Shown here piece after piece: positions 20,379-33,099 of a stretch of 64,000 nucleotides of DNA. The number at the start of each line of letters is the position of its first letter. Positions within the stretch are counted from its first letter, which is position 1. Source of the DNA: Curvularia clavata (taxonomy: Eukaryota). The notes beneath the pieces are model-generated. The model had not been told where the DNA came from. It made no database searches and saw only the letters and a list, made by a program, of their open reading frames with translations. The DNA lies in contig CP089275.1 in assembly GCA_023920165.1 (NCBI GenBank), forward strand, positions 930,001 to 994,000. The letters run 5' to 3'. A program made the translations under genes and the position numbers.

Positions 20379-22931
20379 TTACAGTAGACTAATCGGCATC
20401 CAACTGGGAGTTCCAGGCTTACGCAGATACTCGTTTACAGATTGGGAATACATAAGGCCACTTGCGTAGCAATCTCCAATTACCTCGTAACAATTTGTAC
20501 GACGCCGTAAGGATTTGGTAATTAAACGCGAAGGTCGCCGGGGCCTAATACATGTACTGCACGTCTTGTTATTGCAAAAAAGGTTCTGGTAGTCAGAAGA
20601 CCGAAGGATGAAGGGGGTTCTGCCACCTTTCAAGAGACAGAGAGCATCGCCTTTTTTTAGATCTGCTGGACCCAGACCGACATGGCCTTCCCACGTTATG
20701 AAAAATCTTCGAGCCTTTGTCGCGGAGACAATCGAGCGATCAACAACCGATATTTGAACATCGTATGGAATGCGGTCGATCTTGGAAGCGCGTCCTAGAT
20801 TCTGCAATAGTTTCGGCCTACCAAGGTCGAGCACGTGCATCCACGGCACCTCTTTCCAGGCTCTCAAGCGGTTTTGCATTGACTCACGTAGATCATTCCT
20901 CCTAATCAGAAATTTATCCCATGATTGATCTGAAGCCACAGCGTCTTTTACCTGCTCTCGCCAGTCCAGGGCCTCGGTCTCAGGCAGCGTCAAGGTTGCG
21001 TATTCGACCAATCTTGACCAATCTTCTTGACTCACCCCACTTTGTCCTTGATCAGAACATCTTTTGCTGATAGCATCATTGATAATGCTTTTGCGCTCCT
21101 TTTCTTCTGGAAAACAGAGAAAGAATTCACGGCCTATGTCCTCTGATTTTCCCTCCAGGACAGCTGATTCGAAGTCGATGATCTGCATCCACTGTATTGC
21201 AGTTGCCGAAATGTAATCTCGAAGAGGAATTTTGCGATCGAAAAAAGGAGATCGTTTCGATTTTAATGCCCAAGTCACAAACATGAGTTCGTCCTTGTCT
21301 TTTGTTTGTCGAAATATCTCACCTGACTCGGTGATTTGCGGATGTGAGAACATCACATCAGCGCAAAATACCCTCCAGAGTGCCTTGTCTGTATCGCCCG
21401 GGTCGGATATGACTCCGAAACGTCGCTTCAAAGATACCCATTGCTTCATCGTCTCTCGAAAAGTTTCGGAACCATCCGATAGCATCACAACTCCACAGTC
21501 CCGAACATTGTCGAGGTACAGTCCGTCAATGGTCAAAGCTTTACAGCGAGCTGTGACTGTACTAGGATCGACGGGATACTCTACACAAGCGTCGTAAATT
21601 CCCATAGCATCGATTCTCGTGTTATAGCCGTAGTCTCCTGGCGCTTCCCAGTCTGGCACCCAGGTGGGTAAGTCTTGGCGGTATTTTCTTGCGACATCTA
21701 TAGTGAGTACTGACAGCGACGCAGAACTGTACATAGACTCTAAAGCGGCCAGTCTATATACCTCAGCGCTGCTTAAAGAGTAATCTGGAATCAAGGGTGG
21801 GCGATGCGAACTAGGTTGTACCAAACCCAGGAGTGCATAGACCTTGTCACGAGGATCAGAGGCTTTTCTGCCCCTGAATCGCCTTAATAAGGAGACAAGG
21901 GACCTTTGGTCTGGCGACGAGCAATCTCGTGGTTCCAGTATGGCTGTCTCTGAACTGGTTTGAGTTGTTTCTTCAAGGAACGTCTTTCTCAGATTATCAA
22001 TGTCAACGATGCGTTCGCCAAAGTCCTCGAGTACGTTCAGAAGATCTCTTGGGAGATGCTCCATCTTCTCGGAGCAACAGTGGTGTAAGTGGTGCAGACA
22101 TTGCGAAGCAGCCTGTGCAAACATGGTCCAAGGGGCGGATACGGTTCCACAAACTACTGTGACCTTCGGTGCAAGAACCACTTCTTGGACTACCCATATT
22201 CGTCCCCACCAGGGCGTGAAAGGAGCGTGCATGAAACGTCGTAAACTCTCAAACATGTGCAGTAAAGCTTTCTCAATATCCGGATCGTCGTTGTTGGATA
22301 CCAGCCAGGGTATGTCCACCATATGCTCCACCCACGCAAGTGTCCGGATGAACGAGAAAACGTTGACGGTGTTCTGCATCCTTTTATCACTTTCGCCATC
22401 TTCCAACGTGGCGGATGCATGTAAGGCGTTGGGTTGCATGAATCTCTCAATATGCGGCATGTCTTCTGAAGTGTTGGAGAACACCGTTGTTCGAGGGGCT
22501 GTGCTGTCAAGCTTCGAACTCTGACAGTATTCACGACGGCCGATACCATCGCCAAGATAGATCAAGACGCCTTTCGATGATCGGTAAATGCTGCCCATCA
22601 GATTGACTTGATGTGTTCGCTCTAGGTCATCGGCCTGATTGATGCACAGCGCATCCACCCACAGCAGAGTGTCTTGCGTTTGACTTCGAAGATTTCGCAA
22701 TGTTGACTCGAGATTGACTGTAACAGCGAAGGGATGCGCATCTAGTAGAATTCTTTTTGTTTTCTTTGACGAACCCCAAACGTAGGATAGCGCGTGGTAA
22801 GGACGAACGTTCTTCAAAGTATCATATACCAGCTCGCACTGTATGCCGTCTGTCCAGGTACCTGGAAGTAACCTTATCAGACGTATCTCATCTCGCGTGA
22901 GTGGTAATGTTCCGGGGTAACGCTCGAACAT
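20379..22931 (-). CDS. HET-domain (HET-6-like) heterokaryon incompatibility protein, 850 aa
   Basis: IRLIRLLPG, YHALSYVWG, LWVDALCINQADDLERTHQVNLMGSIY, WWGRIWVVQE, ASDPRDKVYALLGL, LPTWVPDW, RRFFITWEGHVGLGP...GGRTPFILR...IGDCY. Confidence 0.93.
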   Translation of the reverse strand: MFERYPGTLPLTRDEIRLIRLLPGTWTDGIQCELVYDTLKNVRPYHALSYVWGSSKKTKRILLDAHPFAVTVNLESTLRNLRSQTQDTLLWVDALCINQADDLERTHQVNLMGSIYRSSKGVLIYLGDGIGRREYCQSSKLDSTAPRTTVFSNTSEDMPHIERFMQPNALHASATLEDGESDKRMQNTVNVFSFIRTLAWVEHMVDIPWLVSNNDDPDIEKALLHMFESLRRFMHAPFTPWWGRIWVVQEVVLAPKVTVVCGTVSAPWTMFAQAASQCLHHLHHCCSEKMEHLPRDLLNVLEDFGERIVDIDNLRKTFLEETTQTSSETAILEPRDCSSPDQRSLVSLLRRFRGRKASDPRDKVYALLGLVQPSSHRPPLIPDYSLSSAEVYRLAALESMYSSASLSVLTIDVARKYRQDLPTWVPDWEAPGDYGYNTRIDAMGIYDACVEYPVDPSTVTARCKALTIDGLYLDNVRDCGVVMLSDGSETFRETMKQWVSLKRRFGVISDPGDTDKALWRVFCADVMFSHPQITESGEIFRQTKDKDELMFVTWALKSKRSPFFDRKIPLRDYISATAIQWMQIIDFESAVLEGKSEDIGREFFLCFPEEKERKSIINDAISKRCSDQGQSGVSQEDWSRLVEYATLTLPETEALDWREQVKDAVASDQSWDKFLIRRNDLRESMQNRLRAWKEVPWMHVLDLGRPKLLQNLGRASKIDRIPYDVQISVVDRSIVSATKARRFFITWEGHVGLGPADLKKGDALCLLKGGRTPFILRSSDYQNLFCNNKTCSTCIRPRRPSRLITKSLRRRTNCYEVIGDCYASGLMYSQSVNEYLRKPGTPSWMPISLL

Positions 22932-23247
22932 GATTGTCGGACTGTATATCGAATAATGTAGAGCTCATGGAAAGCAAATGGTTTAGAAAATATCAATAGC
23001 TTGCAACAAGCAGCGAGTCGTTCTATAAAGCATGACATCACAGGTCTTCACCGGTTGTGCTCAGCCTCCACAAACTCTGTTTTCCATGCACAGCCCGCAT
23101 CGTCAAACATCACTTCCTCAGGTATACTGAGCCTTGCAGACTGCATCAGGGCGATAAACCTCCCACTATACTGATTCGTTTGGCATCTGTTTGCTGACGT
23201 GTCAACCTTAGAAGTACTATCTGTGCCAAGGCAGCGCGAGGCTGCTA

Positions 23248-23450
23248 ATGATTGTTGTTGGGGACGACGCACTCCTTGAGGGATACTTTACACGTTTACC
23301 TGACAACTATTTTATTGCGCACAGCACTAATGGCTATTCAAAAGATGAATTAAGTGGTGCTGGCAGAGTACTTTGTAAGGCAGACTCAGAAACACGTTCA
23401 AGGGGTATGTTGGCTACTCTTATTCGATGGCTTTAATTCGCACTGTACAC
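23248..23450 (+). mobile_element. Frameshifted relic of a pogo/Fot1-like (DDE_1) DNA transposase
   Basis: Two overlapping frames read LLEGYFTRLPDNYFIAHSTNGYSKDELS and EYFVRQTQKHVQGVCWLLLFDGFNSHCT, matching the S..G(W/Y)...E and LL(I/L)xDGxxSH motifs of Fot1 transposases. No TIRs seen. Confidence 0.75.
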
Positions 23451-23922
23451 CAGCCAGGTTGGGTTCTTGGCTACCTTCAAGTCGATCCGCGCCCACACAT
23501 TCAAGACTCATACGACTCAAAAAGGTTAGCGGGGCTCAGGACTATATCCACTAGACATCAAGCGCATCCAGGATTATACAAAGAGAGACTTTGCTGACTA
23601 GAATGCTAATTGCTAAGATAATAGTAGTGTTCCACAGGTTGGGCTTAGCTGTAGTCCGCCAGATTGCTGAGTAAGTCTAGTAGAGAAGCATTGTTGCTGC
23701 AGTCATAGACTTTACTCTCCAGCATCCTTGAGCCCATCCTGCACGTGACTACACATGACATACATCATCCCATCCAACACATTTTCCATATTCCAACACA
23801 AAAAATCCATCAAGCACTGTACTCATCCCAGCCGAATGAAAAGAAGATAAGACACCAGTACGACATCTCAAGCATACCCCCTTTAATTTTAGATTCTACA
23901 GATTGAAGTAGTTAGTTACTAA

Positions 23923-24478
23923 CTACGCATCCGTCCCCTTGTACATATCGCCAAGGCTCGTCTCCGTCCTGACGGCATCTTCATGATAATGCGCTCCCGC
24001 AGCCGTCACACTGGTATTCAGTTCCTCGAACCTCCTCAGATCCATGGGCTCCGCTAGCAAAGGAATGACGTAGGGATCAAACGTCTTCCAGTAAGGGTTG
24101 TTGAGATGGTATTGTTGAGACTTTTTGAAAATGGGTCACGTGTTAGCTTTCTCATTCTTCAAACTGGAGTTTTTTTTCTCCTCGATAACTATGCGGAGAA
24201 TTTCTGATGATGGAGGTAATGGAGAAGGAAAAGAAAATGGAGGAAATGGGGGGAAAAGGGAAAAGGGAAAAGAGAGAGGGGGAACTTACGCTCTCCTGCA
24301 AATACCTCTCCACGATACAAAATTTGCGCTTATCCTTTGTATCCTGCATGACGAACCAGCTAAGCGTTTCCTTATCTTTGCTGTAGACTTGACTGGCTTC
24401 GATGAGCTTGGCGCTCAGCTTTTGAATGCAGTCTGGGTCGTCTTTAGCGACGAGGTGCACGACGATGGTGTAGACCAT
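23923..24478 (-). CDS. Small dimeric alpha/beta-barrel (ABM-like) protein, ~128 aa
   Basis: MVYTIVVHLVAK...KLIEASQVYSKDKETLSWFVMQD...FCIVERY|SQQYHLNNPYWKTFDPYVIPLL..MDLRRFEEL. Intron 24289-24121 with CTAAC branch site and AAG acceptor. Confidence 0.85.
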
Positions 24479-25488
24479 TTTTGCTATTTCTTTTCTTTCT
24501 GCTGCTTATTTTGGCTGTTCTGGAGAAGTGGGAAAATAAAAGAGAACAGAACGAGGTCCAATCTCTTGTATTTTGCTTTCTTTCTTCAAAGGGGAAAGGA
24601 AGAAAGATGTGTTGTTTTTGTTTTTGTGGTCAGAAGCCCCTCTTTGCTAAAGCGGGCAGCGTTTGACTAAGGGTTTCTTGGTGTTGATTGGACGAATTGT
24701 GTGAGGCGGCGAGTCGAGTTTCGATGGGGAACAGAGGATCTGGTCCTGATATAATGTGGAGGAAAAGAAAGGGAAAGAAAGAAGACAAGAGTGGAGGTTA
24801 CTCAATAGACCTTCTTATTTTTTTCGCGTCCTTATTTGCGGCCTGGTGACGTATCGTACATGGGTTGGCGGTCACGGAACCCCGCCGACCAAAAAAGTGG
24901 AGTAATAATTGGTCGTGCTCCGCACGCACTTCACGGAAGATGCACTTGCACTTGGCCAGACCGGGCATTGGCGTTTTATGTAGGATGACGAAAGCAAGTG
25001 AAGGGGCATGGGTGCGTAGTATGGAGTTTAATATGAGTGTACATGCGTCTTGATATAATATGTTCTCGGCTGAGGTTGAATACTAGCAACAATGAACGAA
25101 GAGAGCTGCAGATAATTCTTCACTGACCAAAGTATTTCACACCAACATCCACACACTCAACTAGACACAGACACTATCATGATTTTTCAAATATGAAAAT
25201 TTCGCTACATATACATTACAGAACTAAGACAAAGGAAACAATGTGCCTCCCAACACATCCTTTCCTCGCCCTATCCCTCTTTTCCATACAGCTCCTCTCT
25301 TGTATTGCTTACAGTGAGAGAGTTGAAAATTACAAGAGTCTTTCCGGCAGCAACAACAAACGCTAAAGTTACACGTTTCCCTCACACCATAAAAAAAGAT
25401 GAAAAACTTCCCCACCATAAATGCCATGCCCATGCCATAAGCGAATGAAAAAAGCGTAAAAGAATACGTAAAAAGGTAGCACACGATT

Positions 25489-28400
25489 TTACGCCTTGCT
25501 CAACATCTTCATCACTTCCTCCTTCTCGCTTGTAGGTAGCGTGCTGAGTAGGTTCATGACACCCTTCAAGCCACCCTCACGGTCCTTGCGCATGAGTTGA
25601 GCAATCTGGTCCGCGATACCGTCAACCTTGAGCTGCTCAATCTTCTCGCTGACGAGTGCCCTGTTCTCCTCGTACCAAGTGGCGACGCTCATGTCGTCTT
25701 GCTCCCACTCGGCGACGTTGGCCAGGTGCTTCAGCATCTCAAAGCCACGGGCACGGGTAGTTGCGTCGGCCATGGGGGTCTCGTGAGTTGGTGAGGCAGC
25801 AGCAGCGAACTTCTTGAGGATGTACTCCTCGTTGAGACGGCGGCGAAGACGCCAGTAGAAGAAGCGGCGGGCGTTTTGCCAGCGGAGTCCCTTTCGGATG
25901 ACGCCCTTGGCTTGCATACGGCCAGCACGGTCGTGGAGATCGGCGAACTGGATAGCAATCTGTCCATAAATGGGCAGAAGCAGCTTCTCGCGCTCAGCCA
26001 TCTTAGCCTTGATTTCTGGGAGCTCAGATTCTGGTGTATCCTTGTCGTTCAGCTTGCGCTTGAGATCGCTGTAGACAGGGTCGTTGCGGGCCATGGTGTC
26101 GAGTTGACGCTCCTTGCGGTACTTGATACCGACAATACCCTCGGGCTCGAGGACACCACCGCGAGAGTCTTCGTCGGCGTACATTTCCATGAACTGGGGG
26201 TTGATGGTAGGATCGACGACGACCCAGGATCCACCACGGAGCTCGCCGAACGGAGGAATGTACACAAAGACAGGCTGCTGGTACTTGACGAGGCCATCGA
26301 CAATGTACGAACCGTACTTGAGGACTTCGTTGTACATGTCACGCTGGCCACCTGAGAAACCACGCCAGTTGGCAAGGATCATCAACGGCAGTTGCTCACC
26401 GTTGTTGAAGTCCTTGATAGCCTGAGCAGTCTTGAACGCAGAGTTGGGGTACCAGACACCACCGGCCTCAGATGTGACTTGCTCGATGGAATCTGGGTTG
26501 GCAGGGTCGGCAGGTGTGACATTCTCAACAGAGCGTGTCTCGACAGCAATGACACCAATGGGGATGCCACCAAGGCGAGCACGACCGACGACAACGGTCT
26601 TGGCCCAGCCTCCGAGAGTCTCCTCAAACGAACCACGATCAAAGAGACCAGATTGGAAGCCATCCTCGTCATCCTTTCCAGCAATGAGGTGCCTGACGTC
26701 GTAGGCGGACTTGCCAGGAGGATAGTAGGTGATGTCGCGGTCCCAGCTGTCGGCCGAAGGAGAAATGGGGACAGGGTTACCCTTCTTGTCAGGCACGTAC
26801 GACAGCCACTTGACAATCTTGGAAACACCCTGGAAGTCGTCGTCGGCGGTCGAGTGCGAAACACCGTTGCGGTACATGATCTGGGTACCACCAAGCTGGA
26901 GGTTGGAGGTGTAAACTTCACGACCAAGCAGCTTGTTGATAGCCTGGGCACCGGTGAGGATAATTGGCTGACCCTCAATCTGGATGGCACGCTGACCCAG
27001 GCGGACGAGGTAAGCACCGATACCTATCAAGCGTTAGAAAAACCCTGTAAAGATCATAGCAGAAATACATACCAACTGAGCGGCAAGTGACCAAAGTGAT
27101 GGTGAAAATGTCCTCGTAAGCCCGCGAAGTCTCACCAGCAATCAGACCAGAGCCGCGGAGAGACTCGACACCGAGACCATCTTCAGCACCGATGATGGTG
27201 GTAATCTTGTAGCGAGTCTCGCCACCCTCCTCGACCTTCTCGCAGATGACATCGTTGCGCTTGCCATCAACAAAGTGCTCGTACTTCTCGGGCGTCAGGT
27301 AGAGGTAGTCGAAACCAGCCTCTGGCTTGGTAATGTCCTTCCATGCGACGGAGAAGTGGGGAATGAGCTCCTCAGCGAGACCGATACGAGCACCAGAGTT
27401 GGCAGACAGGTAGATTCGGGGGATGCCGAGCTTACGTGCGAGCTCAGAGCACTTGTGGAAGAAGTTGTCTTCCGCCGGTCCGAACGAACCAATCTTGAAG
27501 GTGATGTCGTTGGCAATGATGATGAAGCGACGGCCACGGGGGTACTCAGGCGTCTTGGCAGTCACGATCCAGCCGACCATACCAATGTTATTGTGGCCGG
27601 GGTCGCGGTTGACTTCAGCAAGGTTGTCGGTGTCGTCAAGCACCAACTCGTAGTACTCGAGGCATTCTCCCTTCGGTGGCTGCTGGTCCCGGAGGCTGGG
27701 TTGCTTCTTGATAGCCTCGATCCAGCTGTTCTCGGTGGCTTGTCGGAAAAGCTCGGGGAAGTCGTACACGTACTGAGTACCCATCAGATGAGCCTTGTAC
27801 CTCTTGGGCTGGAGGGCACCCTTGGTGGGGTAAGGGGTAGAGACTGGCTGCAGGTGAAGGGCGCCAATCTTGTTGGTTCCGCCAATGCTGTGGAACAGCC
27901 ACTTGCCAGCCTTCTCAGACTTGCGCTCGGCGTACATCTCAACCTGGATGACGTATCCAGAGGTGTTGGTGATGATGACACGGAGCGGGTAAGGAATGCC
28001 CGTCTGTGGGTCAGTGACAATGATGCGGATCTCAGCACCAGTGACACGGAGACGCCAGAGTCGTCGACCGAAACGATCCAAGAAGCCGCCGATAGCCTCC
28101 TCAACCTGAGTTGGGTTGAGAGGGAAGACGTGAGAGAAGTTGATGAAGATGTGGTTCATGTCGGCTTGAGAGGTGCCAACAATCTCCAGAGCATCCAGGA
28201 TGTCGGTCATCAACCTGTCCGTCTCGGAAATCATGTACTCGGCGGTAGGAATCTCCTCTCGGAGACGACCTGATCGGACGACAGCCCTCAGGAAGTAGCG
28301 CTTGTCACTCTCGGCACCCTTGCCAACAGCCTCGTAAATGTGGATATTACGGTTCTCCGTGAAGACTGGCTTGATGTTGAACTTGGAAAGTCTGCCAAGT

Positions 28401-31400
28401 TCAAGTTGGAAAGCAAGCGCAGGCTCGACGTGACGGATACTGGCATCTTCCTCGTAGTTGGGACCGCGGAAAGTGTAGTAGCCTGGGTAGGTGCCGTCCT
28501 TGTGACCACAGATGAACGAGATGCGACGGATGCGGCGCGCAAGAAGCTCCGACTTGAAGTCCTCGATGATGGGCAGGATGCGGTCAAGGATTTCCTTGTC
28601 ATCGTTGCTTTCAATGTCACGGACAGCAACGTTGAGGACGCCAGTGAGCTCATCACTGTGCTTGGGCTCGCTGACACCGGTGGTAGGAGTGCGCTTCATG
28701 GTCAGACCCTCCTTCAGGCCAGTACTGCTCTTCTGTGCCTTGCTGGCAGTAGGGAAGATATCCAAGGCCTTGGTGATGAGTTCGTCGGCATCATCGAGGA
28801 ACTCAACGGGGACGACAACACCCTTCCTAGTAGGCTCGCCGTCGAAGCGGTTCTGCCACGCGGTCATGTCGCTGAGAGACTGGATACGAGGAGGGCGTTC
28901 AAAGCCAGGGGTCATTGGCGTGCCAGGCTCTGAAGGCTCAACAGCGAGGCCGTATTCAGCCTCACCGACCTTGCGGAGGACAAAGTCCCACGACAGGAAG
29001 CATTGCTGCTCACCCTCGTTGTGGTAGTTGATGTTCTGGAGCTGGTACGCACGGTAGGCTCGGCGTGTGTACACTTCCAGGGCAGCAAGGGCGACGTATG
29101 GGTCAGCGTGGACGAAGAACTGGGTCAGCACGTCAAAGACAGTGTACCTAGAATCGACAACCTCCTTGATGACATCGAAGTTGGGCTCACGGTGGTCCCA
29201 TCCGCTCTCGCCATAACGGGACTCAACGACGGAAGAGCGCAGAATGTGCTCCATCTGTGCTGTGCGCTCCTCAAGCGAGGGCATAGCGCACTGGATAAGG
29301 ACCTCACGAGCCTTGAGGGAGACCTTGGCAGTCTGTCTGGACTCGAGCTCGGTGAGCTTCTTCAGGATGTCCTTGAAGTACTTGGCAATGTTACCGACAC
29401 CGGGCTTGTTAGGCCTGTAGAGGTCGAGGATAGCGATGACAAGGTTGTTCTTGGCACCGACCCTGGTGTGGGACAGGACGGTCTGCACAACGCTCGTGAT
29501 GTTGTCACGGTTCTCGTCACGGAGCTTGAGAATGACCTCCTCGTCACGCGATGTGCGAGACGAGAAAAGCGACTCGGTTGCCCAGTACAACTCCAAAAGT
29601 TTGATCATGACGCTGTACTCGTGAGCCTTGAGGCCTTCAGAGTAGCGGTTGATGACATCAGCAAGAGGAGCCAGAGAGGCCTTGAGGAGCGCAACGTCGC
29701 CCTTGGCTACGTTCTCATCAACGAACTTCTGGAAAGCCTTGTTGAGAGCCTTGCTGGGGAACTCGAGGTTACGGCTGTGCGCCTTCTCAACGATCTGAGA
29801 GAAGGTGGCATCAAGCTTCTGTGGCATACGGGCGTGGAGGGCAGAAGCCTGGGCGTTCCACTCGCCGTAAGGCAGCTCAGGATCACGGAGGACGTCGACA
29901 AGCTCCTTCAGGGTGCTCTGCATGATGACCTGGTTGTCGAAACCCTGGAAGATGTTCTCAAGGATGTAGTACAGGTAGCTGAATCGCTGCGGGGGCTTAG
30001 CTCCTGGCACTTGAGGAGCACCGAGGTCGGGAAGCTGGCCGGTGAAGTTCTGGGCAGTCTTGACCCTGGATGGATCGTCCAGAGCCAGAACAGCGAGAAT
30101 GTCACCAGCCTCGAGAGTAGCTCCTGGCTGCTTGAGGAGGTTGACCATACCAGCCTCCTGTGCAATCAAAGGCATGTACATCTTCATGACCTCAACCTCG
30201 GCAAAGGGCTGGCCCTTGTTGACGTGGTCGCCGTTCTCGACGAGGAACCTGACGAGCTTACCGGGAGATGGAGTTCGCAGCTGAGTGGGGTCGTTCTCTT
30301 GCTCGAGAAGGCAAGTCTTGCCGTCAACAGAGAGACGGGTGGCGCCAACCTCTTCCTTCCAGTAGACGTTGTGCGACTTTCCGCTGAGCAGGATCAGGAG
30401 ACCACCGTCGGCAAGCGCCCTAACACCAACCGAGCACTTTGTTCCGTTGATGAAGAGAGTGAAGCTGTCAATGGTTGACTTGGTAGCAGTGAACTTGTAT
30501 CGGTTGCCCTCGTAGATGAAGTCAATAGGGAAGACAGTCTTGAGCACATCCTTGGAAGGCACCTGACCCTTTTGCAAGCTGGCAGTGTATTCGGTGATGC
30601 ATGCCTCGCTTGCAACGTGAGCCTTGGTCACAGCACCGCAAATAACGGCAATCATGGTGTCTGGTCGCTCAGCGGTCAGCTTCTTCGAGATGAGCTCGTC
30701 GAGCCAGCCAGTGGTGATGGTGTTGTCCTCGAAAGCGGGCGTCTCGAGCAACTTGATGAGGTACTCAACAGTTGTCCTGAAATCACCACGAATGCTCAGT
30801 TCCTTGAGCGCAACAACCATGTGCTTCCGCGATGCTTGTCGGTTCTCGCCGTAGGCGAAAATGTGACCGAACTGCGAGTCGGAGAAGCTGTGAATACCAC
30901 CAGCGGAGCTGACGGAGAAGTAACCCCAGACGTTGGAGCTACTCCTGAAGTTGAGGTCGTGGATGGTACCACCGGATGGCTTGAAGCCCTCATCGGGATC
31001 TTCTGATGTGATACGGCAGGCTGTGCAGTGACCCTTGGGAGTGGGTCGTCGCTGGCTCTTGGAGCTGTCTTCAGTTGAGAAGTCAAAGTCAATGACGGAG
31101 CTAGCGTGGGGGTCAGCGCCGTAGAGGAGACGAATGTCTCGGATACGGTGCAATGGGAGACCCATGGCAATCTGGAGCTGGGCGGCTGGGAGGTTCACGC
31201 CCGTTACCATTTCTGTGGTAGGGTGCTCGACCTGGAGACGGGGGTTCAACTCGAGGAAGTAGAACTTGTCGTCAGCGTGCGAGTAGAGGTACTCGACGGT
31301 ACCTGCAGAGACGTATCCGACGAGTCGTCCGAGAGAAACGGCCGCCTTCTCCATCTCCTGGAAGGTCTTTGAGCCAGCAACTGTTACCGGTGCCTCCTCA

Positions 31401-32604
31401 ATGATCTTCTGGTGTCGTCGCTGCACCGAACAGTCACGTCCGAAGAGCGAAATGTTGTTGCCGTACTGGTCAGCCAGCAGCTGGACTTCCAAGTGACGAG
31501 CGCTGCCCGCCAGCTTCATGATGAAGATGGGCGATCCAGGAATCTCAGAGGCAGCCGCCTTGTACAGCTGCTCAAAGTCTTCCTCGCGCTCGACCTTTCG
31601 GATACCCTTGCCACCACCACCTTCTGAGGCCTTGACCATGACGGGGAAGCCGATCATCTTGGCCTTTTCGAGACCTTCTTCCCACGACTTGGTGCAGCCC
31701 TTTTGGTAGACGTCGTCCTCGACTGTGACGATGCCGTTGTTGTCGACCTTGACCTCGTCGACACCGGTTCCCGACCATGGAATACATGGCACACCCGCGT
31801 GTTGTGCGACGATTGTGGAGGAGATTTTGTCACCAAGCGAACGCATGGCGGATCCGGGGGGACCGATGAAGACGATCTTCTTGGGCGAAGCGGCCAGCGA
31901 TTCGGGGAGTTTGGGGTTCTCAGAGGCGTGTCCCCTAGAAACAAACTGTCAGCCATTGCGCCCGCATTTTGAACAATTGGTAGTAGCAAAATACGCACCA
32001 TCCTGCCCACACGGCGTGGACGTTCATCCGCTCTGCGACATCGACAATGAGCTCGACGTTGGCATAGTTGTTGTTGTTGGTACCGCCGGGTACCTGCATG
32101 GACCTGTTAGCCGTCTCTCCCCCAGTTTTTGCCCCTCGCAGGTGTTGGAGTGGCGACGTACCTCAACGTACTGATCCGCCATGCGGATGTACTCTGCGTT
32201 TGCCTGGAGATCCTCAGGCGTGGCCATGACGGTGAATTGAATTGCCCGCTCATCGCCAAATGTCTCGTATGCCCACTTCCGCACCGAGCGGATCTCCTTG
32301 ACGGCGGCAATACCGTTGTTCGCAATGAGAACCTGCGGGGAAAAGCCAAAGTCAGCGTTGGGAACAGCGAAAAGAGTAAGCAATGGGCCTGAAAATGGTC
32401 TCTTACATTGGTAATAACTGTGTGTCCATCGTGCGCAGCGACAAAGTCCTTTACCTTGCCTGACGGGGCTACGCTGAGGTTGTTACCGCCGATGAAATGC
32501 GGAGCCAAGTCGAACTTGGCGGCGTAGGAGCTGGGGGCGCCATTGGCATCCCCATTGACTCCGGTCTGTGCAGCTCCTGCCATGATGTTGTCTAACAATC
32601 CCAT
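25489..32604 (-). CDS. ACC1: Acetyl-CoA carboxylase (BC-BCCP-CT multidomain)
   Basis: [53 protein letters not shown], biotinylation site EVMKM, CT motifs [13 protein letters not shown] and [10 protein letters not shown]. Introns 32406-32333, 32161-32094, 31998-31935, 27072-27024. Start at 32604 or 32583. Confidence 0.98.
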
Positions 32605-33065
32605 GCAACTAGGGAATTAGTTGATGTGGAGGGAGTTGGGAGGGGAAGTTTGGTTTGGGTGCAGTTCGGCGGGCGACCGGGCAATTTTCTACTGAGTAAT
32701 GGGCACAGCTGGAGCTCGGCCTCTAGTGTCGTAGATCCTAGATGCACAACCCGACGTCGGTTGCTGTCCGCCAGGAAAAAAAAACTGGGCGAGCGTCTTT
32801 TTGGACAGCCTGGTTTTTTGGTCTAAAGATTCTGCCGGTGGGAGGATCCGAGCAGAAGTATTAGTAGATTAACAGCGGTGTAGTATCGGTGGAGAAGGCC
32901 GCTCAAAAGCAATCTTGCAATACCAAATGGGTCCGATGGTCTCTGCAAGTATTGTGGCGCCGGGAGGAGAGCACCAGCAAACAAACAAGGATCGGGTATG
33001 GAGTCTAAGACGGAGAGAAAGTGCGTATACAAGACACGGCACTAGTCTATGATACAGGCGTGTAT

Positions 33066-33099
33066 GTAGTCGTTGTAGTAGTCGTAGTAGTAGTAGTAG
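33066..33099. repeat. Imperfect (GTA/TAC)n microsatellite upstream of ACC1
   Basis: gtagtcgttgtagtagtcgtagtagtagtagtag. Confidence 0.7.

Noticed and set aside
25597..31972. Many long + strand ORFs (up to 491 aa) antisense to ACC1
   Set aside because: Expected antisense shadows of a highly codon-biased gene.
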